Of a stretch of DNA of 64,000 bases, positions 38,921-52,204 are shown piece after piece. The translations under genes were made by a program, and so were the position numbers. The DNA comes from Eledone cirrhosa. Lineage: Eukaryota. Within the stretch, counting starts at the first letter, position 1; each line of letters begins with the position of its first letter. Location of the stretch: contig OZ024747.1 of NCBI GenBank assembly GCA_964016885.1, forward strand, positions 88,040,001-88,104,000, written 5' to 3'. The notes below the pieces were generated by a model. It made no database searches. It was not told the DNA's origin and saw nothing but the letters and a program-made list of their open reading frames with translations.

Positions 38921-40704
38921 CACTCTATAGAAGCTAAAAAACCTCTAGTAGTCAAATTAGTGTTACCAAATTTAAGTATAATTTAGAGGTGTTTAGTTAT
39001 AAGTTTAGTTTCTCATTGAGTTGGTGTTTGGAGTATAGCTTATATAAAATTATAATGGAACATTTTTTGATAAATACTTTAAAATAAATGGCTTAGTATC
39101 ACTGAACCAAAGGGTTAACGTTTTTTTCATTTGTATGTTGAAAGCTAGTGTAAAACCAAAATATTCAATAATTTTCTTTCAATTATATTTGGCCTTGTAA
39201 TGACTACCATTTCTCTCTATTATCTACAACTTGTAAATAATGCTTGAAGTAAACTCCAAAACCTTAAGCTTAGCTTATGTTGCTTCAGACTAATAAACTT
39301 AAGTGAACATTTATTTCATTTGCTTTCAATTATTTACTTTTTCAACATAAATGTTTTGAGTTGAAATACTAATCAAAACAACACTAATGTGTACACTTAT
39401 AGAAACCATTAAATCTGTAGTAGATGCAAACACCATAAAACGATAAAGTAACTGCATTTCTTAAGTGCTTTGTGTTATTTCCTTCTAATATAAGCTTCAG
39501 AGAATGTAACAAAAGAAAAAAAAGAAGTCCCCACCAAAGAGTACTGTACTTAAAACAACATTTTAAGTAGTTGTCTCCTGTTCAATGTTATTACACAGAC
39601 ATTGGTTTAATTGAAAGTGTAGAAGTAGATTTGTTATATGAAAGGTGTAACCTGTATTTGATTGAATTGTTTAGATATCATAACAAATATAAAAACTTGA
39701 TTATTGGAACCTATATAGTGTTGATCTTTGAGGCAATGTTTCTTTTTGTTTCATTATATGTATAAACAAAATCAACTACAAAAGAGAATTCTATTATATC
39801 CTTAAATAAAGTCCACTTATGTGTATTAACTAGAATTTATGGAAGAAAAATCAATTTATTGGGGCAGCGATGTATTTTTTTTGCAAAGTTTTGAAATCAT
39901 GTATTGAAACAGATATTGTTATATTTGGGGAGGGTCATGTTGTCTAATATTCCCAGAAAAATGTTGTAAAACACACTCACTGTTTAGTTTGGTTTTCGCT
40001 TCAGTATATTTTTATATATAATTTAGCTGGCAATCAATGTATATTATTGATTGACCATCAGTTAAAGGTATAAATATAGTTTCTCAGAGTTCTTTCGTCA
40101 CACTCCCAATAAACCTTATTCCAATGGTTTGGAGGTGAATTTCAATACTTTACCACATTTCTAATGTATTTCAATTAATTTTAAAAGTAAGAAAAAATTT
40201 GAAGGATTTAGTAATATAACTAATTTTCTCATTATTTAAGCTGGTTTTTAGAACATAATTTAACAGAAGGTTCATACATAAAATTATTTATTTATTCATT
40301 TTAAACGTCCATATAGAGCTAGTAAACCATGACAGACTCGGGGAAGTATCGAGTACTCCTTACAGTTGGTAATAAAAAAGAGCTAGTGAGACAGGTAATA
40401 AAAAAGAAAATTATGATGAAAGGTTATACATATTAAAACAAACAGTTTTGTATTGTAGAAACAGGTAGTTTCAGGCTGTTTAGTATCAAAAGTATTAAAT
40501 TGTAATTAAAAAAATTAATTGACATGTAACTTAACCAATAATGATTAAGTTTCAGTAATTAGGTAGAAAAACAAAACAAAGATAAAACAAGAACATTGAT
40601 CAGTTGTTTAAGTTCTTCAGATTTATAATAATGTTTGCAATCCCAGTAGTACTGTAATTTCTTCACTTAATTGCTGGGATAAACGTATTACTGTGGTTAT
40701 GTAG

Positions 40705-41010
40705 GCATGTGGCTTTGTGGTTAGGGTATTTGGCTCACAATCGTAAGGTTGTGAGTTCGATTTCCGGTGACACATTGTGTCCTTGAGCAAGACATTTATT
40801 TCACATTGTTCCAGTTCACTCAGCTGGAAAAAATGTGTTGTACTTGTAATTCAAAGGACCAGCCTTGTCACATTCTGTGTCACACTGAATCTCCCTGAGA
40901 ACTACATTATGCATGCCTGTGGAATGCTCAGTCACTTGTACGTTAATTTCACAAGCTGGCTGTTCCATTGATTGGATCAACTGGAACACTTGTCATAACT
41001 GACAGTGTCA
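40705..41010 (+). mobile_element. SINE with family B head and family C-type tail
   Basis: gtggttagggtatt...gagttcgatt...tgtgtccttgagcaagaca...ccttgtcacattctgtgtcacactgaatctccctgagaact. Confidence 0.8.
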
Positions 41011-41594
41011 GTCACATAGTGATTTATAGAATGTTTAAGTTAAATGTTTTAACCTTAAAGGAATTAATGTTTTATTTTTTTTTAAATTCTAGACATAATT
41101 GTAACTTGGAAATGATAGTAATTCTGTGCTCCACAATTTGTAGGGTTATTACATTGAATAATAGAGAGAGAGAGAGTAAAAGTGGTTTTATGTGCTTTGG
41201 GATGATTCTGTTGGATTTAGGATTAAACTGTAAAGGCTATAAAGATTGTCCAGAATAAAAAAGAATGCTAAGTATGCTTGAGGTGATTCTTTGCTTCTTT
41301 TTTTCTTTTGCTATTTGGAGAGAATATTGAGATGTGGTCGATCTCAGAATAAATTTTAAATAGGAGTACATTTATAGCTTCCACACTAGCTTAGAGGTAT
41401 GCATTTCAATGGTTAGAGTGTTGGATTTGTGGGTCTAGTTTCAGGATCGAGTGGTGCATTGTGTTCTTGAGTAAAACAATTCATTTCATGTTGCTCCAGT
41501 CAGCTCAGCTGAAAATGAGTATTCCCAGCACCTAGGGATTAAATGTGTAATGGACTGGTGTCCTGTCCCTGTACAGTCTTGTACCCTCAGTTGC

Positions 41595-41788
41595 TTAACC
41601 CTTTAGCGTTTACATTACTCTATATATACTATTGTATTTTTGTGGTTAATATTGAATCTATGAGATTTTTATTTATTTTGAGAACAATACCTTAACATCA
41701 GTCTGAGTGGCCAGTTACGGTTAGTTTGAACAGACAGAGGTGAGAGAATTCTGGCTGGATATGGCTGGTTTACATGCTAAAGGGTTAA
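41595..41788. mobile_element. piggyBac-type MITE family 1 inserted in a SINE B variant
   Basis: TTAA flanks and TIRs; the SINE continues on both sides. Confidence 0.9.
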
Positions 41789-42289
41789 CACCAATGAAAC
41801 CAGGATAAACTCTGTAGTTAGGACAGCTTTTAACCTTCAACTGGCTCAATAACTCTTTCTAGGGCTTAGCTGGAGCTTCTGGAATAGAAAGATAGTCCCA
41901 TGTCAAAATGGCAATTATATTATCTAAATGATTATAGTAGAATTTTGTTTAAATTAATATTTTTAAGATAATTGCTAATAAAATATAAATTGTTTTCCTC
42001 TTTGGATTCCTAAATGTGTTATATTTGCAAATTAAAAAAATAATTTAATAGGACATTATATCATTTTATATTTTTTTCTTTTTGGAGGAAGTGGGTAGTT
42101 AAATATATTGAATCTTAATTAAGCTCATCATCATCTGCATTATTGTCATCATCATCATTATCATCACTGTCAACAACACCCTCATCACCATCAACATCAT
42201 CATCATTATTTCCATCATTAACATCATCATGTCTGTAGTATTGGAGCTGTGATCTTTTGATTCAGAAAAATAGTGGCTCTCTGATCTCT

Positions 42290-42535
42290 GAGCTACGCAC
42301 CCCATTGAGTAATGTTTCTCTAAAGACCTAGAATATCCAAGGAAAGAATCATAAAACCAACCATCAGGATTCCCAGAGTTAGACCACAAGCAAGATGGTT
42401 GGATAAAATCTATGAGCCCAGTTAGTTTTGCTTGGGGATCAAGCCAGATAAATTGGAGACAGTTGCTTCTGATAAGACCTTCTAGAATGCATGTATGAGG
42501 ACTCTGCCTGCACGAACGTTCCAGAAATATATGCA
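42290..42535 (+). mobile_element. RTE-type LINE 3' fragment between (ATC)n tracts
   Basis: RVRPQARWLDKI...LGIKPDKLETVASDK...RTLPAR. Confidence 0.55.
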
Positions 42536-43694
42536 AGAAGAAGAGAACATCATCATTGCCACCATCATCATCATCATCTCCATTATCACCATCATCATCA
42601 TCATCTCCATTATCACCATCGCCATCATCAACACCACTACCACCATTCTCATAATCACCACTGACAACATCATTATCAATATCATCACAACCACCAACAT
42701 CATCATCATCATCATGTTATTGTTCATTTATCCATGCTGAAATGAGTTTGGACAAGGCTGTATTGTGGAATGTTATCACATCTCTCTATTCTGGTTTATC
42801 TTATCTGTAAGGTCTTGATAGGAGTGTTTGCAACTTCTTCATACGTTTGTCTCTATTTTTATCTGTTGTTCATTTGTCCATAGGAATATAGTTGCATCTC
42901 TTGCACTATGTTAGCAGCTAATACCTTTAATACTCAGCCATTCTCTCAGCTCACTCTAGCTTACATGCAAGTCGATATTATGCCTACAGCAGGTCATACA
43001 CAACTGTAACTGTTGCAGATCTTCAGCATTTAATGCCAATATCTCACTGTCATGTAACATTACATGTCTAATACATGATTCATACAGTCTGCTTTTTTGT
43101 TTGGTCACAGAAACTTTGATTTGTCTTCAGTAAAATTATGATTTTACTAATTATAGTAAAGGATTAAAATAACTTCTGTAATCTTTCTAGTGTTAGTACT
43201 ACAATAAAATGCACCTGGTATACTCTGTAAAGTGTTAGGGCTGTTGATATGATAAAATGCACTCAATACACTTTGTAAAGTGGCAATGTCAGTGCCATGA
43301 CAAAATACACCTTGTACTCTCTGTAAAGTGGTAGTTCAGGTACTAGGATAAAACACACTCTGTACATTCTGCTAAGGAGTTGACATTAGGAAGGACATCC
43401 AGCCATAGAAGCCATGCCAAAATATGGAACATGAACAAGATGTAATTCTTCAACTCATCTTATCTCACTTTGATGACCTACCCCACTCATGCCAACATGA
43501 GAACCAAGTGTAAATTGATGATGATGATGATATTAACAAAAGTGTTTTTGTTTACTCTCAGATTTAATGAATGAGTTCTAAATATGCAAATCATTACAGT
43601 GACAGATTAATAGTATTGTTAATGATAGATATAACAGCTGTTGCTTGTATAGAATATTTTCCTTACAAGAATCAGAATCATTTGAGAGAAACAG

Positions 43695-44090
43695 TGTATG
43701 TGTGGTGTGGTGTGAGTGGTGTGGTGTGTGTGTAGTGTGATGTGTGTGGTGGGATGAGTGATGGGATGTGTGGTGTGTGATGTATGTAGTGTGATGTATG
43801 GTGTGCAGGTGGTGTGGTGTATGTGTGTGCTTGGTGTGGTGTGTGTGTGGTGGGATGCGTATAGTGTGATGTGTGGTCCAGTGTGTGCGCGGTGTGTAGG
43901 TGGCTTGGTGTGTATGTGGTGTGTGTGTATGTGTGTGTGTGCTTGGTGTGGTGTGTGTGGTGGGATGTGTGTAGGTGTGTATGGTGGGATGTGTGTAGGT
44001 GTGTGTGTGTGCTTGATGTGGCATGTGTGTAGGTGTGTGTATGTGTGCTTGATGTGGGGTGTGTGTGTGTGTGGTGGGATGTGTGTGGCA
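43695..44090. repeat. Degenerate (GT)-rich simple repeat
   Basis: Direct inspection; it explains the His/Thr-rich and Val/Cys-rich ORFs. Confidence 0.9.
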
Positions 44091-44437
44091 GATGTAAAAA
44101 TAGAGAATCAAAGAAGAAAATGAGGAAGGAAGAGGAGTAACAAAGATTGAGTATTTGATTCTAGTAAATCACTTGAACACTTTTAGAGTAGCTACTAAAG
44201 AAGAACAGCTTTTTCCCTGTTCTAAATATTAAACAAAATATAAGCAAAAATTAACAAAACAAAACTTCAGTACACAACAAGGAAACATCACTACAGCAGT
44301 TATATTTTGATATCTTCATTGATGGAGTTGAGCCTCCGTCAGTTTCTACGATTAGCATTCAAGTTGATTTGATCAACAGAACAGCCTGCTCATGACATTG
44401 ACTTGTAAGTAGCTGAACATTTCAGACACATATACCT

Positions 44438-44628
44438 TTAACCCTTTAGCATTTACATTACTCTATATTTACTGTTGTATTTTCACGGTAAAGGCTTTAC
44501 CTCACATAATTATCTCACATAACATAATACCTTAACATCAATATGAGAGGCCGGTTATGGCCGGTTTGAACAGAAAGAGGTGAGAGAATTCTGGCTAGAT
44601 ACAGCTAGTTTAACTGCTAAAGGGTTAA
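44438..44628. mobile_element. piggyBac-type MITE family 1
   Basis: ttaa-ccctttagcattta...tgctaaaggg-ttaa, inside a minus-strand SINE C tail. Confidence 0.9.
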
Positions 44629-44689
44629 TGTAATTCTAAGATGAATTTAACATGACACAAGGTGTGATAAAGTTGGCCTTTTAAATTTC

Positions 44690-45310
44690 ATCATCATCAT
44701 CTGTGTTTAATGTTCATTTTTCATGCTAGCATAGGTGTTAGATGAGTTGTCCCATTGTGAGACAAGTCAGGTCAGATGACCATGCTTTGCTCATACAGAA
44801 CTATTTCTGGCTTGGTTTCTACGGCTGGATTCTCTTCCCAACACCAACCACATTTACAGTGTGTACTGGGTGCTTTTTGTTGTGACAGCTACATGACCAC
44901 TTTACAGTGTTGGCTGGGCACTTTTGTCGTGTCACCAAAATGATCATTTATAATGAGGAGTGGTGACTTGGGTGGGGCTTGGGGAGTTAGCTCTTGGGTT
45001 CATTGGTGATGAGTGGGGTGTTTGGATGTGGGAAGTGTATAGAAGGGGTGTTAGGAAGTGGGAACTGTATGCTTCAACCTATGCATATAGGAAGGTGAGT
45101 CTTTTGTATAACACAAGAGATCATGGTCATGTGTCATCACCTTTGAGAGGTGCAATTATGCAAGGTCAGCTTTTATCACCTCATCCCAAATCATCCTATT
45201 CCATAGCTTCCATCGACTTTGAGTGCTCTGCACCTTTTTATACAGCTGTCATCTTTCATATGCATCACATGTCCATACCAACACAATCTCCTTTCCTGCA
45301 CACTTCTTTT
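44690..45310 (-). mobile_element. 5'-truncated RTE LINE 3' end
   Basis: WYGHVM remnant at ~45265-45282 plus the shared UTR and (GAT)n tail. Confidence 0.8.
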
Positions 45311-45594
45311 GTCTGAAGATTAGGTCACAATTTTGATCCATCTTACATTCTGGAGATATGGTCAATATTGGGCCTTGAAACCTTAGGTAGTGCTTTTGTT
45401 CCGTATGAACATAAACGTGTTATATATATATACATATATAATTTAGTAAAAAAATATGGTGAAAACTTCTATTTCTGATTTCAAACTTGCTCGCTGTTTC
45501 AAAATATATTTATATATATCATCATCATCATCATTTTACGTCCGCTTTTCCCTGCTTATATATTTATATAGTATGTAAACCTTTCGATTGCGAG

Positions 45595-45908
45595 CATTGG
45601 TCTTGCAATCGAAAGGTTGTGAGTTCAATTCTCAGGTGATGTGTTGTTTCCTTGAGCAAGACACTTTATTTCACATTGCTCCAGTTTACTCAGCTGTAGA
45701 AATGAGATGATAGGGACTGGGGTCCATATCATTCCACTGCAAAGTGGTCGTGGAGGTGCCACGGCAAAAAAGCACCCAGCACTCACTGTAAATGAGGTTG
45801 GTGTTAGGAAGGGCATTCAGCTGTAGAAATCAAGCCAGAATCAGTTCCCGTTCCATCCTTGCAAGCAGGGAAAAGCAGACGTAAAATGATGATAATGATG
45901 ATGATGAT
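45595..45908 (+). mobile_element. Composite SINE (tRNA/CORE-like head plus RTE tail)
   Basis: gagttcaattc, ccttgagcaagacacttt, then RTE UTR ggtgttaggaagggcat...(gat)n. Confidence 0.85.
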
Positions 45909-46129
45909 ATGTATCTTGGTTGAGAGATACTTGAATTTCATCAAAGCCAAACAGCTGTGGATAACTAACCATTTGACTAAATATGTCAACCAATATACAT
46001 ATAATAAATATGACTCTACTACATGGAGTCACTTCGATCAATAAATATTTGTTGTTATTTATATAACAATACATATATATATTTCTCACTTTCTTTTTCT
46101 CTCTCTCCTCCTCTTTATATACATATATA

Positions 46130-46700
46130 TATCATCATTGTTTTTACGTCCAATTTTCCATTCTTGCATAGGTTGGATGGGTTCTTTTCAACACAGCATC
46201 TCTCCCCTCGTTGCATTCCTTTGTCATCTCCTTTATGAGTCTCAGCAATTTGGGGTCCACTCTCACAACCTCTGCCTAGGTCTTTCTTGGTTGACTTCTA
46301 TTGTGGCTTTCTTCCACTGGGATTTCTTGGCATTTCTTCACCCATTGATCATTGTTTATGCACATCACATGTCCATACCAATGCACTCTTCTCCCCTGCA
46401 CACCACCTCGGATTCCTCTTTACCCCAGCTTCTTCCTTAACTTGTCCAAGCTCTGCTTTTCCCTCACACTTACATTGCACATCCAATAAAACATGGTTGC
46501 TTCCTTTTTTTCCAGTTAACGTATGTCCTCTGCAGAGGCTATCCACCACTTCTATGGCTCTTTCCTGTGACTGGAAGAGGTTTATATCACTGGTGCTTTT
46601 CCCCTTAATTACCCCTGTGCATCTTCTATATACAAAGTCTACCCATTATCCCACTGCATCTTGCAACAGCTCCAAAGACCATAATGGAAGCTATGCATAG
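46130..46700 (-). mobile_element. RTE LINE 3' fragment
   Basis: HWYGHVMCINNDQWVKKCQEI...PRKT*AEVVRVD. Confidence 0.75.
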
Positions 46701-46743
46701 CTGAAGGAACTTGGGAAGAGTCATATGCTATCACTTGTGAGTT

Positions 46744-47336
46744 TTAATGGTTTGCAACTTCGTCTACCACAAACTTCTTTTCATCCATGAAGACGTGGAC
46801 GTCGCTGCCACAAGGTTTGGCACGTCTTTCAGCTTGAATGGCTTTGGAATAGATAGTTAGGATGTTATGGTTTCTCCTCACATATGATTTCATGTGGAGG
46901 TCTTGTCTCACAGCCCTAGAAACAGTCATTTTACTGATTCCACTATTTTGAGCTAACTTCACCATCAATTTTGATGGGTTCGACTCAATCAATTTTTTAA
47001 GTCCTGTTAAGAAGCGAGGTGTTCATTTTCGGGGACTGTGGGGCTTTCTCTGAACATTCTGACTTTTCTTCAAATTGGCTACGACTCTAAAACAGTAGAT
47101 TTGGTATACTTTATGGCTCTAACAATCTCCCCAGCACTTTTACTGGCGCACAATAATTCGGCAATTACACTTCTACAATTTAATTCTTTATTGATATTCA
47201 TAATTTGTTCAATCTATAGAAAATATTACAAGTGATTACTCACGTTGCTAATATTTGAAATTTAGACTTCAACAAAATCTATACAATTAGAAATGTATCT
47301 ATTCGAAACTTGTCCCAATTTACCTGTTACACCCTG
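46744..47336 (-). mobile_element. Tc1/mariner (maT/DD37D-like) transposon 5' half
   Basis: Terminus TA|CAGGGTG; HTH-like KLAQNSGISKMTVSRAVRQDL; first catalytic motif FMDEKKFVVD. Confidence 0.85.
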
Positions 47337-47403
47337 TATATATTTATACTTTTTGTATTTCAGTTATGTGGAAATATTTTGATTACGGGCAATAACAACA
47401 GCC

Positions 47404-47526
47404 ATGTCTCTAACTGATAGTGTTGAAGACAAAATCTCTGAGCAGAAGTCATCTCCTGCCAGAAGTAAAGAGAGGCTCTCTATGCCAGAGAAACGTCTTC
47501 ATTTCAGACACAGTGAATCTGAAACG
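47404..47526 (+). CDS. First coding exon of an unidentified host gene (exon 47364-47526)
   Basis: Acceptor ttttgtatttcag|, gccATG start, 41 open codons MSLTDSVEDKISEQKSSPARSKERLSMPEKRLHFRHSESET, phase-0 donor |gtaggt. Confidence 0.8.
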
Positions 47527-47590
47527 GTAGGTATATTTACTTTCAATTGAAGTTATGAACTCTACTAACTTTATGTATGTTAAATATATA

Positions 47591-47621
<31 letters not shown>

Positions 47622-47890
47622 GAAGGTAGATAAGGTTTTGTTTATGTAAATCAGGAATGAATGCTTAAACAAGAAAGCTGCTTACCAGAGCGTTTGAATT
47701 GTATAGCATAAATATCCAAGCAGAGGAATATGGTATATAAGTCTAGAAGAGAACATGGAGTATATTGATATAAGCAAGTATTACACAAAGAAAAATATAA
47801 ACATCAGCGAGAAATGAGATTAGAAATTTATTTGCTTTAACATATGTTTCTGTGTCTACTATAATTGTCTACATATGCTGACTACAATAT
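47622..47890 (-). mobile_element. Possible Penelope-like terminal remnant between TA tracts
   Basis: Minus strand GAAA-catatg-TT...aaataaa (47827-47850) is the 3' half of a hammerhead motif; no 5' core. Confidence 0.4.
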
Positions 47891-47928
47891 ATATCGTTCA
47901 ATCATATGCAATACTTCATTATTTATCA

Positions 47929-48097
47929 GTATCGGTAGAGGGTCGGATGCCATGCTTTCCAGCATAGTTACATCCCTTTACGATCCGAGTTCAAATCCCG
48001 CCGAGGTTGACTTTGCCTTTCAGCCTTACGGGGTCGATAAAATAAAGTACCAGTAATGCACTGGGTAATTGCTGGCCTTGTGCCTAAATTAGAAACA
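47929..48097 (+). mobile_element. Young 5'-clipped SINE family A with 11-bp TSD
   Basis: attatttatca at 47918-47928 and 48098-48108. Confidence 0.9.
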
Positions 48098-48559
48098 ATT
48101 ATTTATCACACTTCATAGAGTAGGATTCGATCCCCAGTACCTAGATGTTCTACCTCCTGTTTAGTACATTTCCTGTGGCATTTGAACTTTTCACACCAAC
48201 CCAAAGAATTCAGTAATCTTCAAAACAATCTCAATTTCTTAATTTCTTTTCCTCCCTATCCATTCTACCCTACTCTTAATTTATACCCTCTCTTTTTCTG
48301 TCCTTCTGTTTATACCTTCTCTATCCTCTTGACCATATATGGCAAACATCAAAACCTTCACCCATACCAATGGTCAAAGAATAATTGTTCCACATCACAG
48401 CATACAGATTGATAATGTGAACCTCTTTATCCCCACTCCCTCTCCTCTTAACTCTCTCTACTATCACACTATCTGTATTTTATTCTATTTTTATTGTCAT
48501 TTTGACTTATATTTTCTGAAATGAAAATCCCATTCTTGAATTCTACTGTGGAAGTGAAT

Positions 48560-49360
48560 AGTCACTTCCACAATTATAAGCTTTCTGATGAAGTGTGATA
48601 AATAGTAACATTCCAGGCTTCTTTCTTTTGAGCATCAATGGTACTCAGTACACCAGTGTCATTTCTAATACACTTTAACCCACAAACATTCTGATTCATA
48701 CTGACACACTGCCTTGTAATGTGGAACACTTCATGTCTCTGATCCTCACATGCAAAGACATTGGCCAACTTTCTTTTTTCAGCCTTTCTCCGAGCTATGT
48801 ATACGTGTTGTTTAACTTCTTTCTTAGTTACCTAGTACTGTTCCCTACTACCCCATATTCTAGTTTGTCTCTTGGCTTTAATGGCTCTATCCACTGTGCT
48901 GTTCCACCACCAGGTCACACTCTGAGTCTCACTTCATTTCTTGAGCCATAACTATAACCATAGCCCCTGTGAACTCCACTGAATCCGTCCTGGTACTGTC
49001 CAACATGTCCATTGAAGTTGCCTGCCAGGATGATGAGGTCCTTATCATCAGTAACTGCAGTTGTCTGTAGAAGTTCCTCATAGAACCTGTCCTTTTGTTC
49101 TTTATTCAGCCCTGCCTGTGGAGCATAGGTAGATGTAATTGTCACCATTCTGTTTCCTGTGGCTATTCTTAGCTTGATAATTCTGTCACTTACTCTAACT
49201 ACCTCTATCACCTTATTTATCAATTTCTCAGCTAATAGGATGTCTACACCACCTACCCAATCGTCATTTCCTACCCAGAAAAGTTTGTATATGATGTTTG
49301 CCTGTAAGTAGTCTCGTTGAGACACCCTTGCTTCTCACCTATTGTACACAGCATGCACCG
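48560..49360 (-). mobile_element. RTE LINE AP-endonuclease fragment
   Basis: YKLFWVG...GGVDILL...RVSDRIIKL...STYAPQAG...IILAGNFNGHVG...GYGY. Confidence 0.92.
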
Positions 49361-50864
49361 AAGCTCTGTGACCTGGAAGGGAAAAGGCTGTGTGATTGCT
49401 TGATGACAGTCAAGGGGCTCTTGCACATGGCTACTCTAGCCACAGCACTACTGTGTCAGAGCTAACATGATTAGTTTTAGCCCTGTATATGTAATTAGTG
49501 TTAGTTTTATTTGTTGTGCTTTTCATAATTTTGGCAGGGTTTTTTATGGCTGGATGCCCTTCCTATCACCAACCACTTTACAGTGGGTACTGGGTGCATT
49601 ATTAATGCTGCAAGCACTAGGACTCAAGATTTCTCTCCACCCTGTATCAGTTTTTATTATGAAATAATCAACTGCTTACACATTAATTCATGAGTCAAAT
49701 ATTCAGTTGATCAAACAGTTGAATGCTCATTAATGAAACTAACTAAGAATCCATTAAAAAATGTTCTTAAATGTGAAGATATATAGCAGTGTTTGGGTTT
49801 TCCATACTGGTGTGGGGTGGATGGGTCATTATAGACCAAGCCAATGCTTTATTAGAGTTATTGTCCCCTAGACAGGTTGGGTGACCACTTCCGTATCAAA
49901 TATGTTCAATTTTAGTATGGATTTTATAGTTGAATGCTCTTTCTACCACTTTGAAAAATATTAATATTTTTACAAAAAAAAAAAAAAAAATCAGGTATAG
50001 CACTATGGATGAAGTAGATTTATACATAAATTTATACAGTATATAATATAATAAATTGTACCATTTTACATTATTAAAATTACAATTTTAATATCTTTAA
50101 TAGTTCTCAAGCCATATTACTACAAATAATTTGCCCTCGACATCTTCCTATTGTATTTAAAAAATTGTAAAATGAGGGAAGTAAAATGGTAATTAGTGCT
50201 CTGCTATTGTATAATATACATATACATAGTTATTATACAGTTTTCAGTTAACTCCTAAAGAGTTTTCTGGCATCATGAATTATTTTGATGTTGCCAATCA
50301 AGATTTTCAACCAAGTGGACCAATATATTAAAAGTTTTTATTAGATCTAATTATAGATCTTATTGAAGTTATTATTGGCAATACTCAAGTTTCTTTTGCT
50401 TATCTAATAATTTTACCATTTTATTTTTCATGTCAGCAAAGACATGACTGTATGGTTAAGGTTCACTTTGCAGCTATCTAGTTTTGGATTTAATCCCAGT
50501 GCACAGCACCTTCAGTAAGTGTCTGTCTACCAAATTTCACTCACAAGGCTTTAGTTGAGCTGAAGAGCTATGGTAGAAGATATTTGTCAAGTTGCCACAC
50601 AGCAGCATGGAAGTCATGTAGTTGGGAAGTAAACTTGTTAACTACATAATTATTTCTGACTTTAACAATAAAGATTACTAATATTATGTAATTTGTATCA
50701 AATGTTGTATATAATCTAATCTCAACTATTTGTAAATTAAGAAGGTAAAAGTAAAATTATGTATAATATCTAATAAAACAAACCTAAAAACATAAGGCTT
50801 GTATGACAATATGTTGACTCACATTCAAGAAAAGAATACATCACCTTTCTTGGATATTAATGAT

Positions 50865-51060
50865 TTCTGATTTAGACACAAGACCAACAATTTTGGGGGA
50901 AAGGAAAGTTGATTAAATTGACCCCAGTGCATCTCTGGTACTCTATTTTATTGACCCTGTAAGGACAAAAGGCAAAGCTAACCCCATAAAGGGGTGTAAC
51001 TCTATGCCTCAAAGCATGGTGTCCAACGCTCTACCATTACTGCCAATCCACCACCCTTGG
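50865..51060 (-). mobile_element. SINE family A
   Basis: Reverse-complement head tgccaatccaccaccc and core. Confidence 0.8.
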
Positions 51061-52204
51061 GTATTAATAATACATTCGCCTATATTTTCAGTATCCTCCA
51101 TATTTATTTACTATATCTTATCCTATTCATTTGCTATTTTCTCACCCATATAATAACTTAGATAACTTTAATAGGTTCTGGCTAGTATAGACCAAGGCTA
51201 TGTCTAACTTAATAGCACCACCTGATAAAATATATATACAATCCTATTATAGAATCTAATATTTGTTTTACATATGCTTTTCTGTTAGATGAATGTGTGC
51301 TATTACATGATATCATCTTTTCATGCCAAGGAACAAAACTGAATTTTGTGAGGAATGAGTCATCATCATCATTCAATGCCTATTTTCCCTGCTAGCAAGG
51401 GTTGGAGTATAGTTGAATTTTATTTTCAGAGGGATGAAATGCAAAGTTGACTCTAACATGATATAAATTCAAAATGTAGAAGATTGCAACTAAATATTTT
51501 AAATCATTTTATCTAAGAAATATTGCAAAATGTTAAAGCAATGAAACTCTATATTTGATTTTAGCTGTTCACTTTTAAAAATAAAAACAATTTACTTAAT
51601 CTATTGACTATTTATCAGCTCTTTGTCATGGCTGTCACTATTTATATTAAATTTACACTATTACAACTGTCTCCATTCCAATTCTGTCTTATACCATATG
51701 TATTTAGTAAATGAAATATATTTTGGATATTTTTCTTTACTAGTATCAGTAAAAGAATCTGTATTAATATCAATATAGATATTTTCATAAGATTCCATTG
51801 ATTTCATTGACAAATAGTGTATTTACAATGTGTATGATTATAGAATACAGTATATTTGAACATTTTTAATTGTATAATTATAACTGTTTTATTAGATATA
51901 CAATACATTAATTTCAAAGTAAAAATAGTCTTCATGTATAATTTACCATTTTATTTAGTTGATTTCAAAATAATGTGTAATATCTACTATATTTACTCCT
52001 GTATAAACTGCACCTTTTCCCACCTAAATGCAATGTAAAAAGAAAAGAAAAAACAAGATGCAACTTACGTACTAGATCTTTAAAAAACTTATTTCTAAAT
52101 GTGATGTATTATATACCACATTTTGTGGGCTGATCCAAGCCTTTTGGTGGAAATTAGATAGATGGAAACTGTATGGAAGCCTGTTGGATGAATTATGAAT
52201 TACA

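Noticed and set aside
42482-42740. Poly-Met and poly-Ile ORFs
   Set aside because: These come from an (ATC)n microsatellite.
43578-44123. His/Thr-rich and Cys/Val-rich ORFs
   Set aside because: These are translations of a GT simple repeat.
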